64,000 bases of DNA, taken from positions 124,565 to 188,564 of the IMG/VR virus record IMGVR_UViG_3300045988_183134; one strand, 5' to 3'. Position numbers and translations under genes: made by a program. Of the stretch, positions 1 through 8,441 are shown in pieces (the stretch's first letter is position 1; each line of letters starts with the position of its first letter). Origin of the DNA: a virus. Under the pieces are notes generated by a model. The model ran no database searches, was not told the origin of the DNA, and was given only the letters and a program-made list of their open reading frames with translations.

Positions 1-731
1 TACATATGCACCACATGTTCTACTGGAAAGGAAGACACGGCTACCAGCTTGATGAGTTGGTTACAGCGTGTGAAAAATGCCACACGCCAGCAAATCATCA
101 AAAAGGCGGCAAGCTCTTCGGTTTTGGCGAAGATAAAGAATTTGCCAATCTTTCAGGTGCAGCGTTTATGAACGCTGTTTGCTGGCAGATAGTAGATGCA
201 CTGCACGCCACATACGGTAAGGAATTTGTGACCATCACTTATGGTGCGATGACAAAGGAAAAGCGAATCATTCTTGGCATAGAGAAAACCCACAACAACG
301 ATGCGTATGCAATGGGAGATTATCATCCGGTACATCGTTGCGTGTTTAGGCATTACCAAAAACGACGCAGAAACAATCGTGTGCTGGAAAAATTCTACGA
401 TGCCACTTATATCGACACCCGCACCGGTAACAAAGCAAAAGGTAAAGAACTTTTTAACGGCAGAATTAGCCGTAATCACAAAAAGAATTCTGAAGACCTG
501 CACAAGTACCGCAGCAAAAAGGTGTCGAAGGGGCGTCGCTCTATAAGAAGACAGCGCTATGCAATTCAGCCATACGACACTGTGCGTCTCGAAAGTAAAA
601 CATACATTACAAGCGGGTGCCATAACAAAGGCACAAGACTTTTGATTCCTGCTAATGGGAAAAGTAAGTCCGTAGCAATTTCCAAAGTTCAAGTTGTTTG
701 CCATGCGGGAGCATGGATACAAATCATTTAA
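1..731 (+). CDS. iscB: IscB-like RNA-guided nuclease, C-terminal fragment (5' part lies outside the window)
   Basis: The translation starts inside the HNH motif (HMHHMFYWKGRHG...CEKCHTPANH). It aligns along its length with the full-length 466-aa IscB at 42619-44016, including the THNNDAYAMG RuvC-III-like motif. Confidence 0.8.
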   Translation, partial: HMHHMFYWKGRHGYQLDELVTACEKCHTPANHQKGGKLFGFGEDKEFANLSGAAFMNAVCWQIVDALHATYGKEFVTITYGAMTKEKRIILGIEKTHNNDAYAMGDYHPVHRCVFRHYQKRRRNNRVLEKFYDATYIDTRTGNKAKGKELFNGRISRNHKKNSEDLHKYRSKKVSKGRRSIRRQRYAIQPYDTVRLESKTYITSGCHNKGTRLLIPANGKSKSVAISKVQVVCHAGAWIQII

Positions 732-783
732 ATGTTGAAAGGAGGTAAGCAGGAAATGCTGTATCTTAGTCTTTTCTAAGAAG

Positions 784-846
784 CGCATTCCTCCCCACCT
801 AAGCCTTACGGCTATAGATGGGGTGTCCTGCTCCATAATTATGAAC
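784..846 (+). mobile_element. IS200/IS605-type right-end subterminal hairpin of IscB element copy 1
   Basis: gcattcctccccacctaagccttacggctatagatggggtgtcctgc matches the motif found after the second iscB (44086-44134). It also resembles the left-end hairpin at 42316-42353. Confidence 0.55.
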
Positions 847-1539
847 ATGAAGGCTATCAAGCGCTTTGCTATGCTTTTGGCAGTGCTGTCTCCTTTTCTT
901 TTGAATGTGTCGTTCGGATTTGCCGATACCGCTACACGGACATGTTCGGTCTGTGGGCAGAAATTCACTGTGACAACCCCGGCCGCTGATGACGCCAAAA
1001 CATTCGAGGCGTACAACAAGGTAAACTCGATTAAAGGCGTTGAGTCGGATAAGAGCGCTACTTATACCGCAATTACGGATGCAAATGTCTATGCAACGAC
1101 CATTAACGGAAAGCCTCTGTGCTCGAATTGTCTGAGTACGATGGGCGCTGCTACTTCTACCGGTAAAGGATTGCCGAAAACGGCTTCCACTCAGCTGCTT
1201 GCGAGCGCAACGGCGGTCTATACGATTACGGTTCCCGAAACTGTTAAGCTGACAGGCGTTGACAGTGGCCCTGGCTCATATACGGCTGACATCACCATGA
1301 CTTTGAAAGGTGATGTCGAGGAGAATGCGGTGATTGTGGTATCTGTGGACGGTGGAACCATGACCAACACTGCGGGCAAAACCGCTGCTGTCACGGTATC
1401 CAATCGGACCAAAAGCGAGTGGTCCCGAGCAGATTTGCTGAACGATGGAACGAGTGCAACTTGCAAAGTCTCTGCGGAGCTTGACCCCGGGCACTGGACC
1501 GGCACGGCAACATTCAGCTGCGAGAAACAGTATAAGTGA
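841..1539 (+). CDS. Secreted protein of unknown function, paralog of 1567-2091
   Basis: It has an N-terminal signal peptide (MNMKAIKRFAMLLAVLSPFLLNVSFGFA). The C-terminal beta-rich region ends in PGHWTGTATFSCE, similar to PGDWTGTVTFEC in the next gene. CSVCG...CSNC cysteine pairs are present. Confidence 0.6.
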   Translation: MNMKAIKRFAMLLAVLSPFLLNVSFGFADTATRTCSVCGQKFTVTTPAADDAKTFEAYNKVNSIKGVESDKSATYTAITDANVYATTINGKPLCSNCLSTMGAATSTGKGLPKTASTQLLASATAVYTITVPETVKLTGVDSGPGSYTADITMTLKGDVEENAVIVVSVDGGTMTNTAGKTAAVTVSNRTKSEWSRADLLNDGTSATCKVSAELDPGHWTGTATFSCEKQYK

Positions 1540-1566
1540 TGAATTTCTTGGAAAGGAGGGAACTGT

Positions 1567-2091
1567 ATGCGTTTGAAAGCTGTAGGGGCAGAAATTCTTG
1601 CCGCGCTGACGCTTGCCTGTCCAGTCTTAGCGTTCTCTGAACCAATTGGTTCGGATGACGCTGTCATAGATGCCGATGATACGATTGCGGCAGATACACC
1701 CGACTCGGATTCTAATGACACCGCCTGGCTGAGCGCTTCCAAGGATACTTCAACGCAGGTCACAGCGGAAGTGGACAGCTTTTATACATTGACCGTTCCG
1801 GAAGAAATCACGCTGAATGGTTCGGATGGTACTGGCATCCAGACTGGCACAATTCCGGTCACTTTAATGGGGGATATCCCTCTCAAGGGAACTGTTCAAG
1901 TCAAAACCACTGCTACGCCTCTGCAGGCGAAAGGCTCTGTAGATGTGCCTATGACCATCGCAACACCAAAGGTTGAATGGAATCGCACTGAGATGCTCGG
2001 AGACGGAACGAGTTCAGACTATTCCGTAAGCGCAGTTCTTGCTCCTGGCGACTGGACTGGCACAGTGACGTTTGAATGCTTGGTGCAATAA
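1567..2091 (+). CDS. Secreted protein of unknown function, paralog of 841-1539
   Basis: An RBS (ggaaaggaggg) precedes the ATG and a signal peptide is present. It shares the motifs YTLTVPEEITL / YTITVPETVKL and the C-terminal W-T-G-T-x-T-F motif with the upstream gene. Confidence 0.65.
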   Translation: MRLKAVGAEILAALTLACPVLAFSEPIGSDDAVIDADDTIAADTPDSDSNDTAWLSASKDTSTQVTAEVDSFYTLTVPEEITLNGSDGTGIQTGTIPVTLMGDIPLKGTVQVKTTATPLQAKGSVDVPMTIATPKVEWNRTEMLGDGTSSDYSVSAVLAPGDWTGTVTFECLVQ

Positions 2092-2208
2092 ATGCCAACA
2101 AATCTTATACCGCTTGCCCTTTTGGGTAGGCGGCTTTTTGCTAGGTATTTGTTGTGCGTTCTGAACACGGCAGCTATGGCCTATCTTGTTTCCGGCATAA
2201 AAAGCAGG

Positions 2209-2259
2209 CACAATATATTGTGTTTTGGTATTGCAATATACCATATATTGTGGTACAAT
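2209..2259 (+). promoter_or_regulatory. Perfect 14-bp palindrome cacaatatattgtg followed by a TTGCAA-17-TACAAT promoter whose spacer carries the ATACCATATATT box
   Basis: The palindrome lies at 2209-2222, the -35 ttgcaa at 2231-2236 and the -10 tacaat at 2254-2259. This is upstream of the 2580 gene. Confidence 0.45.
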
Positions 2260-2579
2260 ATATCTACTGGCTCAAATGATAGCAAAGAACCTAAAGTTTG
2301 AGCATTTTCGTGTATGGCTATGAGACCGCTTCCTTCTACTTGAAGATAATATGAAATCATGTCAGCGGTTTCGCTCTCCGTCACGGCTCGAGAACATAAC
2401 AATACGGCTATATATCCGCTTCCTTCATTTCTAGAAGAACAAGGAAGTCGGCTCGCATTTTTTGTGCTGCTGACTTCAACACGTTAGCGGATATGCTTTC
2501 CGTATCTATTACGTGTCTCATCCACCCGTGTCGAGTTTTTCTCGGCGCGGGATTTTTGTTTTGTTAGGAGGTCATTTGA

Positions 2580-4778
2580 ATGCTGACTGTTTATGATTTT
2601 AACCGCGTCACGTTTGCACATCATCGTGGCATCGTACCACCCATGCCCGCACAAGAAGGGAAGAAAGCGGTGGAGAAACGCTATGTCTGTTCAGCGAACA
2701 TGAAATTGATGGAATACGGCTATATTATGGCGCGAGACCTCTTTGATGCCTGCTGCAAGGCCGAATACAATGATTTCCTCAAGACCTGGTCTGCGCTGTA
2801 TGACTGTGTCACGGAGGATGGCAAGGCAATTTCTCAGACTTCTCCCATCTGGCCGAATTTCCCGGACGATGCGATGAAAGCCGACCTTGTGGACCTGTAT
2901 GTTGTCAACTTCCTCAATTATCTGACCTGCGGCGAATGGCAGCCAGACTTTGACCCAACAAAATTTTGCCCGGCACTGGACCGCAGCCATCTTCTTGCTG
3001 TGAAACAGATTCCGGCGTGTGATGAGGAGGAAATCTACCGCTATTCCGTACAGAGCATTACCGGGCATTCTCCTCTGTCTCCTGACGAGGCGTCCTGCGT
3101 TTTCGATACTTTGATGCATGATATTGATTTCACATCTGAGCTGATGGACCGCATGAAACCCAAGCATATTCCATGCAAGGAAAATCTTGCTCTGTATGTG
3201 TCTCGCATTGTCTCTCGTCCCGAATGGCGGGAACAGGCATGCTTCCGGGATTTCAAGAGCTCTACCGATGTGCTGCGCCTGGCCGCAGCAATGAGCGACC
3301 AGGATGTGAGTCTTTCGAAAGCCCCGAAATTCCGGAACTTTAAGCGCGGTGAACGTCGTCAGCTGCTGGAACTTCTGGAACACACTGATAAGAACGAGGG
3401 CTTTGCATTGCATCCCGAAGAGTTCAAGCGATTGGGCGAACGCCTGCATCCGGGTGATTACTCTTATGTCTTCAAGGAAGATTATGAGATTTTTACGAAG
3501 ATTCGCAATGGTGTCAAGATTGAAACCTACAATTCCAAGCTCCAAGAACTTATGAAGAAACCGGTCAATGCTGAACTGCTTTCCGCTCACCTGATGATGC
3601 GGCCCGGTATGTTTGCCCGAAACCTGGACTTTGCACTGCGCAACTGCTCCAATGAACAGCAGATGGAAAATGTTCTGTTCCGATTCATCTCGGTATGCAA
3701 GAGTATTGAACCGCGTGTCCTGGTCCAGCTCATCAACCATTTTCGGAATCGCAACAATCCTGTGCATTTGGCAACCGGCAAGGCAAACGGCGCTGCCAGC
3801 AAAGCTCTGGAACGGGACATTGAACCTTTGTCTGAGGATATCTGCAAACGTGTGGCACGCGATATCTTTAACCAGCTGTGGCAGGTCCTTCGCGCAGAGG
3901 ACACCGAACCGAAGAGCGTGTACATCGACCCGGATTGCCATTGCAATAAGCTGATTTTTCCGGATAATCCCCGTCAGGTCACTTCCGCCGTACGTGCTGC
4001 AGCCTGCGGCTCTCGCACGAATCTGTCGGACGGAAATGTGCTCCGTGCATTCCTTTACTGGAAGGGAAACGATGGCCCTGACCTGTGGAATGGCATCGAC
4101 CTGGACCTCTCGGTTGTGTTCTACGGAGAGGAAAAAGCAAAGTTCGTGTACTACGCGAATCCCAAGGACGAAACACTTGGCGCAATCCACTCCGGCGACC
4201 GCCGCTGCAGCGGTAAGAATGGTGCCGTTGAGTATGTAGATTTCGATATCAAGAAGTGCTTTCAGAATGGGTTCCGTTATGCCGCCCTCACTGTAAAATC
4301 CTACTCTGGGGAGAAGTTCTCTGAGATGGAGAACGCTTTCTGCGGCGTAATGGTTCGGGATGGCAAGACGGGTGAGCAGTTTGAACCTGCGACTGTCAAG
4401 GACCGCTTTGCTCTCACTACGGATTCTGACCAGCTCGTTATGGTCGTTATAGACCTCATGACCCGTGAAGTCATTACGGTGGATAAGAGCGTGGCTCAGT
4501 TCCGTTTGGCGTGCCGGAATGTTGTGACAGACTATGCACCTACAGTAGCAGCCTGCACCTACGCGATGCAGCTGAAGAGCCTGTCTATCAAGGAAATGCT
4601 CGGTATGCGCTATGCACAGTTCCTGAAAAGCGACGACTGGAAACACGCAAGTGTTATCGTATCTGATGAACCTGAAAAGTTCAAGGTGACGAATAAGGAT
4701 ACTCCTGCGCCGCGCATTGTTAGCCCCTATGACATTCCGGGCATTTATGACCTGATTTTTGGCAAGGAAAATCAATAA
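2580..4778 (+). CDS. Large cytoplasmic protein with a C-terminal TerD-like domain
   Basis: An RBS (ttaggagg) is present. The C-terminal roughly 200 aa carry the TerD hallmarks IDLDLSVVFY...AIHSGDRRCSGKNGAVEYVDFDI...ENAFCGVMVRDGKTGEQF. I do not recognise the N-terminal roughly 500 aa. Confidence 0.6.
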   Translation: MLTVYDFNRVTFAHHRGIVPPMPAQEGKKAVEKRYVCSANMKLMEYGYIMARDLFDACCKAEYNDFLKTWSALYDCVTEDGKAISQTSPIWPNFPDDAMKADLVDLYVVNFLNYLTCGEWQPDFDPTKFCPALDRSHLLAVKQIPACDEEEIYRYSVQSITGHSPLSPDEASCVFDTLMHDIDFTSELMDRMKPKHIPCKENLALYVSRIVSRPEWREQACFRDFKSSTDVLRLAAAMSDQDVSLSKAPKFRNFKRGERRQLLELLEHTDKNEGFALHPEEFKRLGERLHPGDYSYVFKEDYEIFTKIRNGVKIETYNSKLQELMKKPVNAELLSAHLMMRPGMFARNLDFALRNCSNEQQMENVLFRFISVCKSIEPRVLVQLINHFRNRNNPVHLATGKANGAASKALERDIEPLSEDICKRVARDIFNQLWQVLRAEDTEPKSVYIDPDCHCNKLIFPDNPRQVTSAVRAAACGSRTNLSDGNVLRAFLYWKGNDGPDLWNGIDLDLSVVFYGEEKAKFVYYANPKDETLGAIHSGDRRCSGKNGAVEYVDFDIKKCFQNGFRYAALTVKSYSGEKFSEMENAFCGVMVRDGKTGEQFEPATVKDRFALTTDSDQLVMVVIDLMTREVITVDKSVAQFRLACRNVVTDYAPTVAACTYAMQLKSLSIKEMLGMRYAQFLKSDDWKHASVIVSDEPEKFKVTNKDTPAPRIVSPYDIPGIYDLIFGKENQ

Positions 4779-4780
4779 AA

Positions 4781-4819
4781 AAGAAGCTGTTCTCCTGAAA
4801 ACGGAGAGCAGCTTTTTCT
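4781..4819. terminator. Bidirectional hairpin terminator between convergent genes
   Basis: gaagctgttctcc-tgaaaa-cggagagcagctt is flanked by A and T runs. Confidence 0.5.
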
Positions 4820-4822
4820 TTG

Positions 4823-5161
4823 TCAGGATGATTTTGCAAGAGAAGCGTTGGCAATATCCTTTTCGATTTCATCAAACTGATACAGCAAAAAATGCTTGCA
4901 ATTTCTTAATTGGATGTCTAACCGTCTTTTGGTCACCTTTTTGTCTTTAACCATGTCGAGATAATCTTTGGCTGGAGACATATCCGGGTTAAAAAGAACA
5001 CATCCCAAATTTACCTGGCACTTGGCATACAGCTCACGCACTTCACAGCAGCGGGTCATATGCTCGTCTTTACGTCTCACACTCCAGCGAGCGGAACGCA
5101 ATGCACGATAGCAGTTTTGCAATGCCGTGGTGCTGTAAATCCTTTTCTCTGCAACCATCAT
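4823..5161 (-). CDS. Small hypothetical protein (112 aa), possible regulator
   Basis: An internal ATG is preceded by a ggaggg RBS. The longer ORF-track start lacks an RBS. No family was recognised. Confidence 0.5.
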   Translation of the reverse strand: MMVAEKRIYSTTALQNCYRALRSARWSVRRKDEHMTRCCEVRELYAKCQVNLGCVLFNPDMSPAKDYLDMVKDKKVTKRRLDIQLRNCKHFLLYQFDEIEKDIANASLAKSS

Positions 5162-5644
5162 TTCCCTCCGACTTTTTATGAGAAAATTATACCATATATT
5201 TATGAATTGACTATGACAAAAGGTGGTAAAACCATCAAATATATGGTAAAAAACGCGAAGGCAAGAAAAATTTTGAAAAAAGTGAAAAAAATGCAAAAAA
5301 AACGTGATGTTTGTGCTTGCGTGGGTGTGCGAGTCGCAGATAATAAAATCAGTGGCTCAGAGCAGTAAGCCCCAGAGCTCCCTGATAAGGGCGAACTCAT
5401 GGTGCATATCTGCGTCATCAAGTCATCACATGGTAGACTGACGGGCCTTGCGGTGTTGCAAGAATGGTCAGGCGAGGGAAGCGATGAATCCCTCATTGCT
5501 GCCAAGTACATCGTGTTTTGATGCAGTCAGCGTCGAGAGGACGCGGATATGCATGGCTTGACTTTTGACCCGATGCATGCAGGAGCAAAGGAATCAAAAG
5601 AGATGGCCTAGTTCGAATCCACTATTTGAAAGGAGATTACCCCA

Positions 5645-7231
5645 ATGAAATGTTACAAGCGCGTTGCAAGCGCTGTGATGGGTATGGCAATGGCCGCCAG
5701 CTGCATGGCTCCTATCACCGCTTACGCAATGGAAGACACCAAACAGCCCACTGACAATACTGCTATTGCCAACCATCCCAATAACGAGACCATGCTGCAC
5801 AGCACTCCCGTTTACCGCATCGGCGCCAAATCCTTCTACAAGGTGAACGACGACGGTTCCGTTGTCTACGCCGACCAGGATGCCGAAGGCTACACTGCAG
5901 TTCCTGCCGCTTATATTGCAGGCAGCCAGTATAACGATGGCGAAGAGTACGGCGTTTATACCACCAAAAAGGCTGATGGCACCTTCCAGATGCATTACGT
6001 CAAGATTTCTGACTGCCAGCAGACTCAGGGTGGCGTGAACTGGAACCACGGCACTGCTGATGAAGCTAAGGTTTCTGACGATACCAAGGCTGAGGGCACC
6101 GACACCGCCACCAACGAAGACCCGACGATGTCCACCCAGTTCTACATCTACCTGGACAACGACACCGAGATTCCTCCCGAGACTCCTCCGACCGAGGAAG
6201 AGCATCCTGGCGTGAAGACCGATGACGGCCGCGTTGAGTACGATATCACCGTTGCTACCGTGAACCATGTCAACATGAAGGCTACTGTTCCTCTGTACGT
6301 CTGCATGTACGGTTTCCGTTCCACCGGCAACGTTGTTACCCCGACCAAGGATGCTTACCAGCTGCGCAACTACTCCACCATCGACAAGAACAGCCGCACC
6401 TACATTGCCGATATCGTGAAGGTTACCCATTACAGCCGCATCTACGATGCCGACCACTCCAACGACGAGCTGTTCTCCATCGCTTACGATGCCACCAGCA
6501 AGACCTACACCTACTGGTACAGCGACCCCTCCACCACTCAGGGTTGGCAGCAGCCTGCTATCTACAAGACCCTGGCTGATGAGCATATCAACGCTTCCGG
6601 TGAGTGCTACGTCATCTACATCGATGGCGAGTGGGACTTCAAGGCCGCTGGTACTCTGACCGGCGACGAGCTGCGCCAGACTGTGAAGGCTATCGACCAG
6701 AACCATCAGCTGTCTCAGGACTTCATCATCGGTGATGGCGATACTCAGTGCAACTTCGGCAAGGCTTTCGCCGTTGGCGACAGCAAGACCGACAACTCCA
6801 AGCGTGAAGGTCTGGCCATCAAGGTTTCTGAGCTGCAGGCTGAGCCCGCAACCTGGCGTGTTGTGCCTATGAGCAACAGCGCCTTGAAGCGCGGCGAAAT
6901 CGCTATGAGCATTGCTCCTGCTTCTGCAATGTACAACGCTTCTGCTATCGACCTGTCCACCTGCTCCGCTCCTCTGGACATCACCGAGAACGGCTGGTTC
7001 ATCGCTGGTGCTGAAAAGGCCAAGGTTGCTCAGGATGGCGCTGGCACCGATGCTGTCAAGCATGACGATGCTCCGGCCCTGCCGCTGATTACCACCGCCA
7101 AGATTGCTGGTTCCAACGTCAACGACGCTGGCTGCACTCCTGTCGTTCGCGTGACCTACAGCATCATCCCGATGTTCGAGACTGGCGATACTCAGACTGC
7201 TACCGCAGGCGGCGTCTCCAGCAACCGCTGA
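5645..7231 (+). CDS. Secreted surface protein sharing a C-terminal module with the giant protein
   Basis: An RBS (gaaaggag) and a signal peptide (MKCYKRVASAVMGMAMAASCMAPITAYA) are present. The motifs KATVPLYVCMYGF, RGEIAMSIAP and CTPVVRVTYSIIP are mirrored at the C-terminus of 26719-35637. Confidence 0.75.
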   Translation: MKCYKRVASAVMGMAMAASCMAPITAYAMEDTKQPTDNTAIANHPNNETMLHSTPVYRIGAKSFYKVNDDGSVVYADQDAEGYTAVPAAYIAGSQYNDGEEYGVYTTKKADGTFQMHYVKISDCQQTQGGVNWNHGTADEAKVSDDTKAEGTDTATNEDPTMSTQFYIYLDNDTEIPPETPPTEEEHPGVKTDDGRVEYDITVATVNHVNMKATVPLYVCMYGFRSTGNVVTPTKDAYQLRNYSTIDKNSRTYIADIVKVTHYSRIYDADHSNDELFSIAYDATSKTYTYWYSDPSTTQGWQQPAIYKTLADEHINASGECYVIYIDGEWDFKAAGTLTGDELRQTVKAIDQNHQLSQDFIIGDGDTQCNFGKAFAVGDSKTDNSKREGLAIKVSELQAEPATWRVVPMSNSALKRGEIAMSIAPASAMYNASAIDLSTCSAPLDITENGWFIAGAEKAKVAQDGAGTDAVKHDDAPALPLITTAKIAGSNVNDAGCTPVVRVTYSIIPMFETGDTQTATAGGVSSNR

Positions 7232-7360
7232 TAGAGTCTCCGGACCTAATATAAAGCAAGCCCAAATGTAAGGGTTGGCTGTCGAGTGACCTGCCGCTCG
7301 GCGGCCAACTTTTGTTAATAACAGCTCAGTCAAGTAATTGACGGAAAGGAATTGAATATC

Positions 7361-7927
7361 ATGGCAACTACAATGACGACCCCTGAAAAGAATTCGAAGA
7401 AGAGTGGTAACAAGCTCCTGCATCGGACCGTTACGATTTGTGTGATTCTCCTGCTTCTCCTGTGCGTGGGTCTGTTCTTCTGGCACAATAAAAATGCTAC
7501 TGCTTCCGACAACCGCCTGGAAGATTCGGTCGCTGCACAGCTTGGCCAGCTCGAAGGCAAGAGCGAGGCAGAGATTCAGGAAGAACTGAACCGCGTCGTG
7601 GAAGAGGGTACAATGGCCATCTCCATCAACGTCAATCCGGTGTTTGATTCCGGCGATTCTGAAGGCACTCTCGAAATCGAGAATGCTCCCGGTAATAAAT
7701 ACGCTCAGGTTGTGAGCATCACCCTGGATGATAGCGGCAAGGAAATCTACAACAGTGGACTTATCCAGCCTAACTATCACATCCAGACAGATAAGCTGTC
7801 CGAGGCCCTGGCTGCCGGTTCTTATGACTGCACCGCTACCTTCACGGCTTATGATACCACCGATGCCGAGAATCCTATCGAGGTTGGCACTGCTGCTGCC
7901 AAGATTACGATTTCTGTGCTGTCTTAA
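7361..7927 (+). CDS. N-terminally membrane-anchored extracellular protein
   Basis: The ATG follows a gaaagga RBS. There is one TM helix (TVTICVILLLLLCVGLFFW) and then a soluble beta-rich domain. Confidence 0.7.
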   Translation: MATTMTTPEKNSKKSGNKLLHRTVTICVILLLLLCVGLFFWHNKNATASDNRLEDSVAAQLGQLEGKSEAEIQEELNRVVEEGTMAISINVNPVFDSGDSEGTLEIENAPGNKYAQVVSITLDDSGKEIYNSGLIQPNYHIQTDKLSEALAAGSYDCTATFTAYDTTDAENPIEVGTAAAKITISVLS

Positions 7928-7933
7928 CGATTC

Positions 7934-7971
7934 GCCCCGGTGCAGACTTCGGTTTGCCCCGGGGCTTTTTT
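7934..7971 (+). terminator. Rho-independent terminator
   Basis: A gccccgg...ccggggc stem is followed by tttttt. Confidence 0.6.
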
Positions 7972-8003
7972 GGAACTTGTGATGCTGCAAAGGAGGCATT
8001 CCC

Positions 8004-8390
8004 GTGAAACAGCTTGCGAAAGTTCTCGCGTCTTTCTCGCTGGCCGCAACGATGTGTTTGGGCGTTGGCTTTGCAGCCGATTCTCCGCATCCTGGTGAGC
8101 ATGGCACGGTTGACAAGGCTATGGTCTCTGAAGAAACCGATAAGGCTTACGATGAGAAGCCGAACATGGGTACAAAATTCAATTTGTATCTTGCGCCTGA
8201 CATCCCCGAAACGGTTCCTCCTATTAAAAAGGATGTTCCTAAGATGGGCGATACCGGCATTCCTCAGGAATCCCTGCTCCAGGCCCTGCTGGTAGCGGGT
8301 GGCTGCTATCTTGTGAGCGATGGCGTGGCTGTTGCTTGCAAGGGTGGACGCCGTAAACCTAAGAAGACTGCGGAACTGAAAAACGCATAA
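8004..8390 (+). CDS. Small surface protein with a C-terminal cell-wall sorting signal (VPKMG), likely sortase substrate
   Basis: It has a GTG start with an aaggagg RBS and a signal peptide. The C-terminus has VPKMGDTG, then a hydrophobic stretch (LLQALLVAGGCYLVSDGVAVA), then a basic tail (KGGRRKPKK). Confidence 0.65.
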   Translation: MKQLAKVLASFSLAATMCLGVGFAADSPHPGEHGTVDKAMVSEETDKAYDEKPNMGTKFNLYLAPDIPETVPPIKKDVPKMGDTGIPQESLLQALLVAGGCYLVSDGVAVACKGGRRKPKKTAELKNA

Positions 8391-8395
8391 GAAGA

Positions 8396-8427
8396 GCCCC
8401 GGTGCTGAAATGCATCGGGGCTTTTCT
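8396..8427. terminator. Hairpin terminator between convergent genes
   Basis: gccccggtgc-tgaaat-gcatcggggc is followed by ttttc. Confidence 0.55.
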
Positions 8428-8441
8428 TTATATTAGGAGGC

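Noticed and set aside
5611-5620. GTTCGAATCC, a tRNA T-loop-like string that might mark a tRNA or tmRNA gene or an att site
   Set aside because: The flanking bases (cctag / actat) cannot form a T-stem. No acceptor or anticodon arms can be drawn around it. It is most likely a chance match.
5297-5644. A c-di-GMP riboswitch upstream of the surface protein gene
   Set aside because: I could not find the conserved GEMM-I (GGCAAACC / GACGCAAAGCC) or c-di-GMP-II (ACGCAC...CCGCCGAA) cores by eye. It is kept only as a low-interest unexplained leader.
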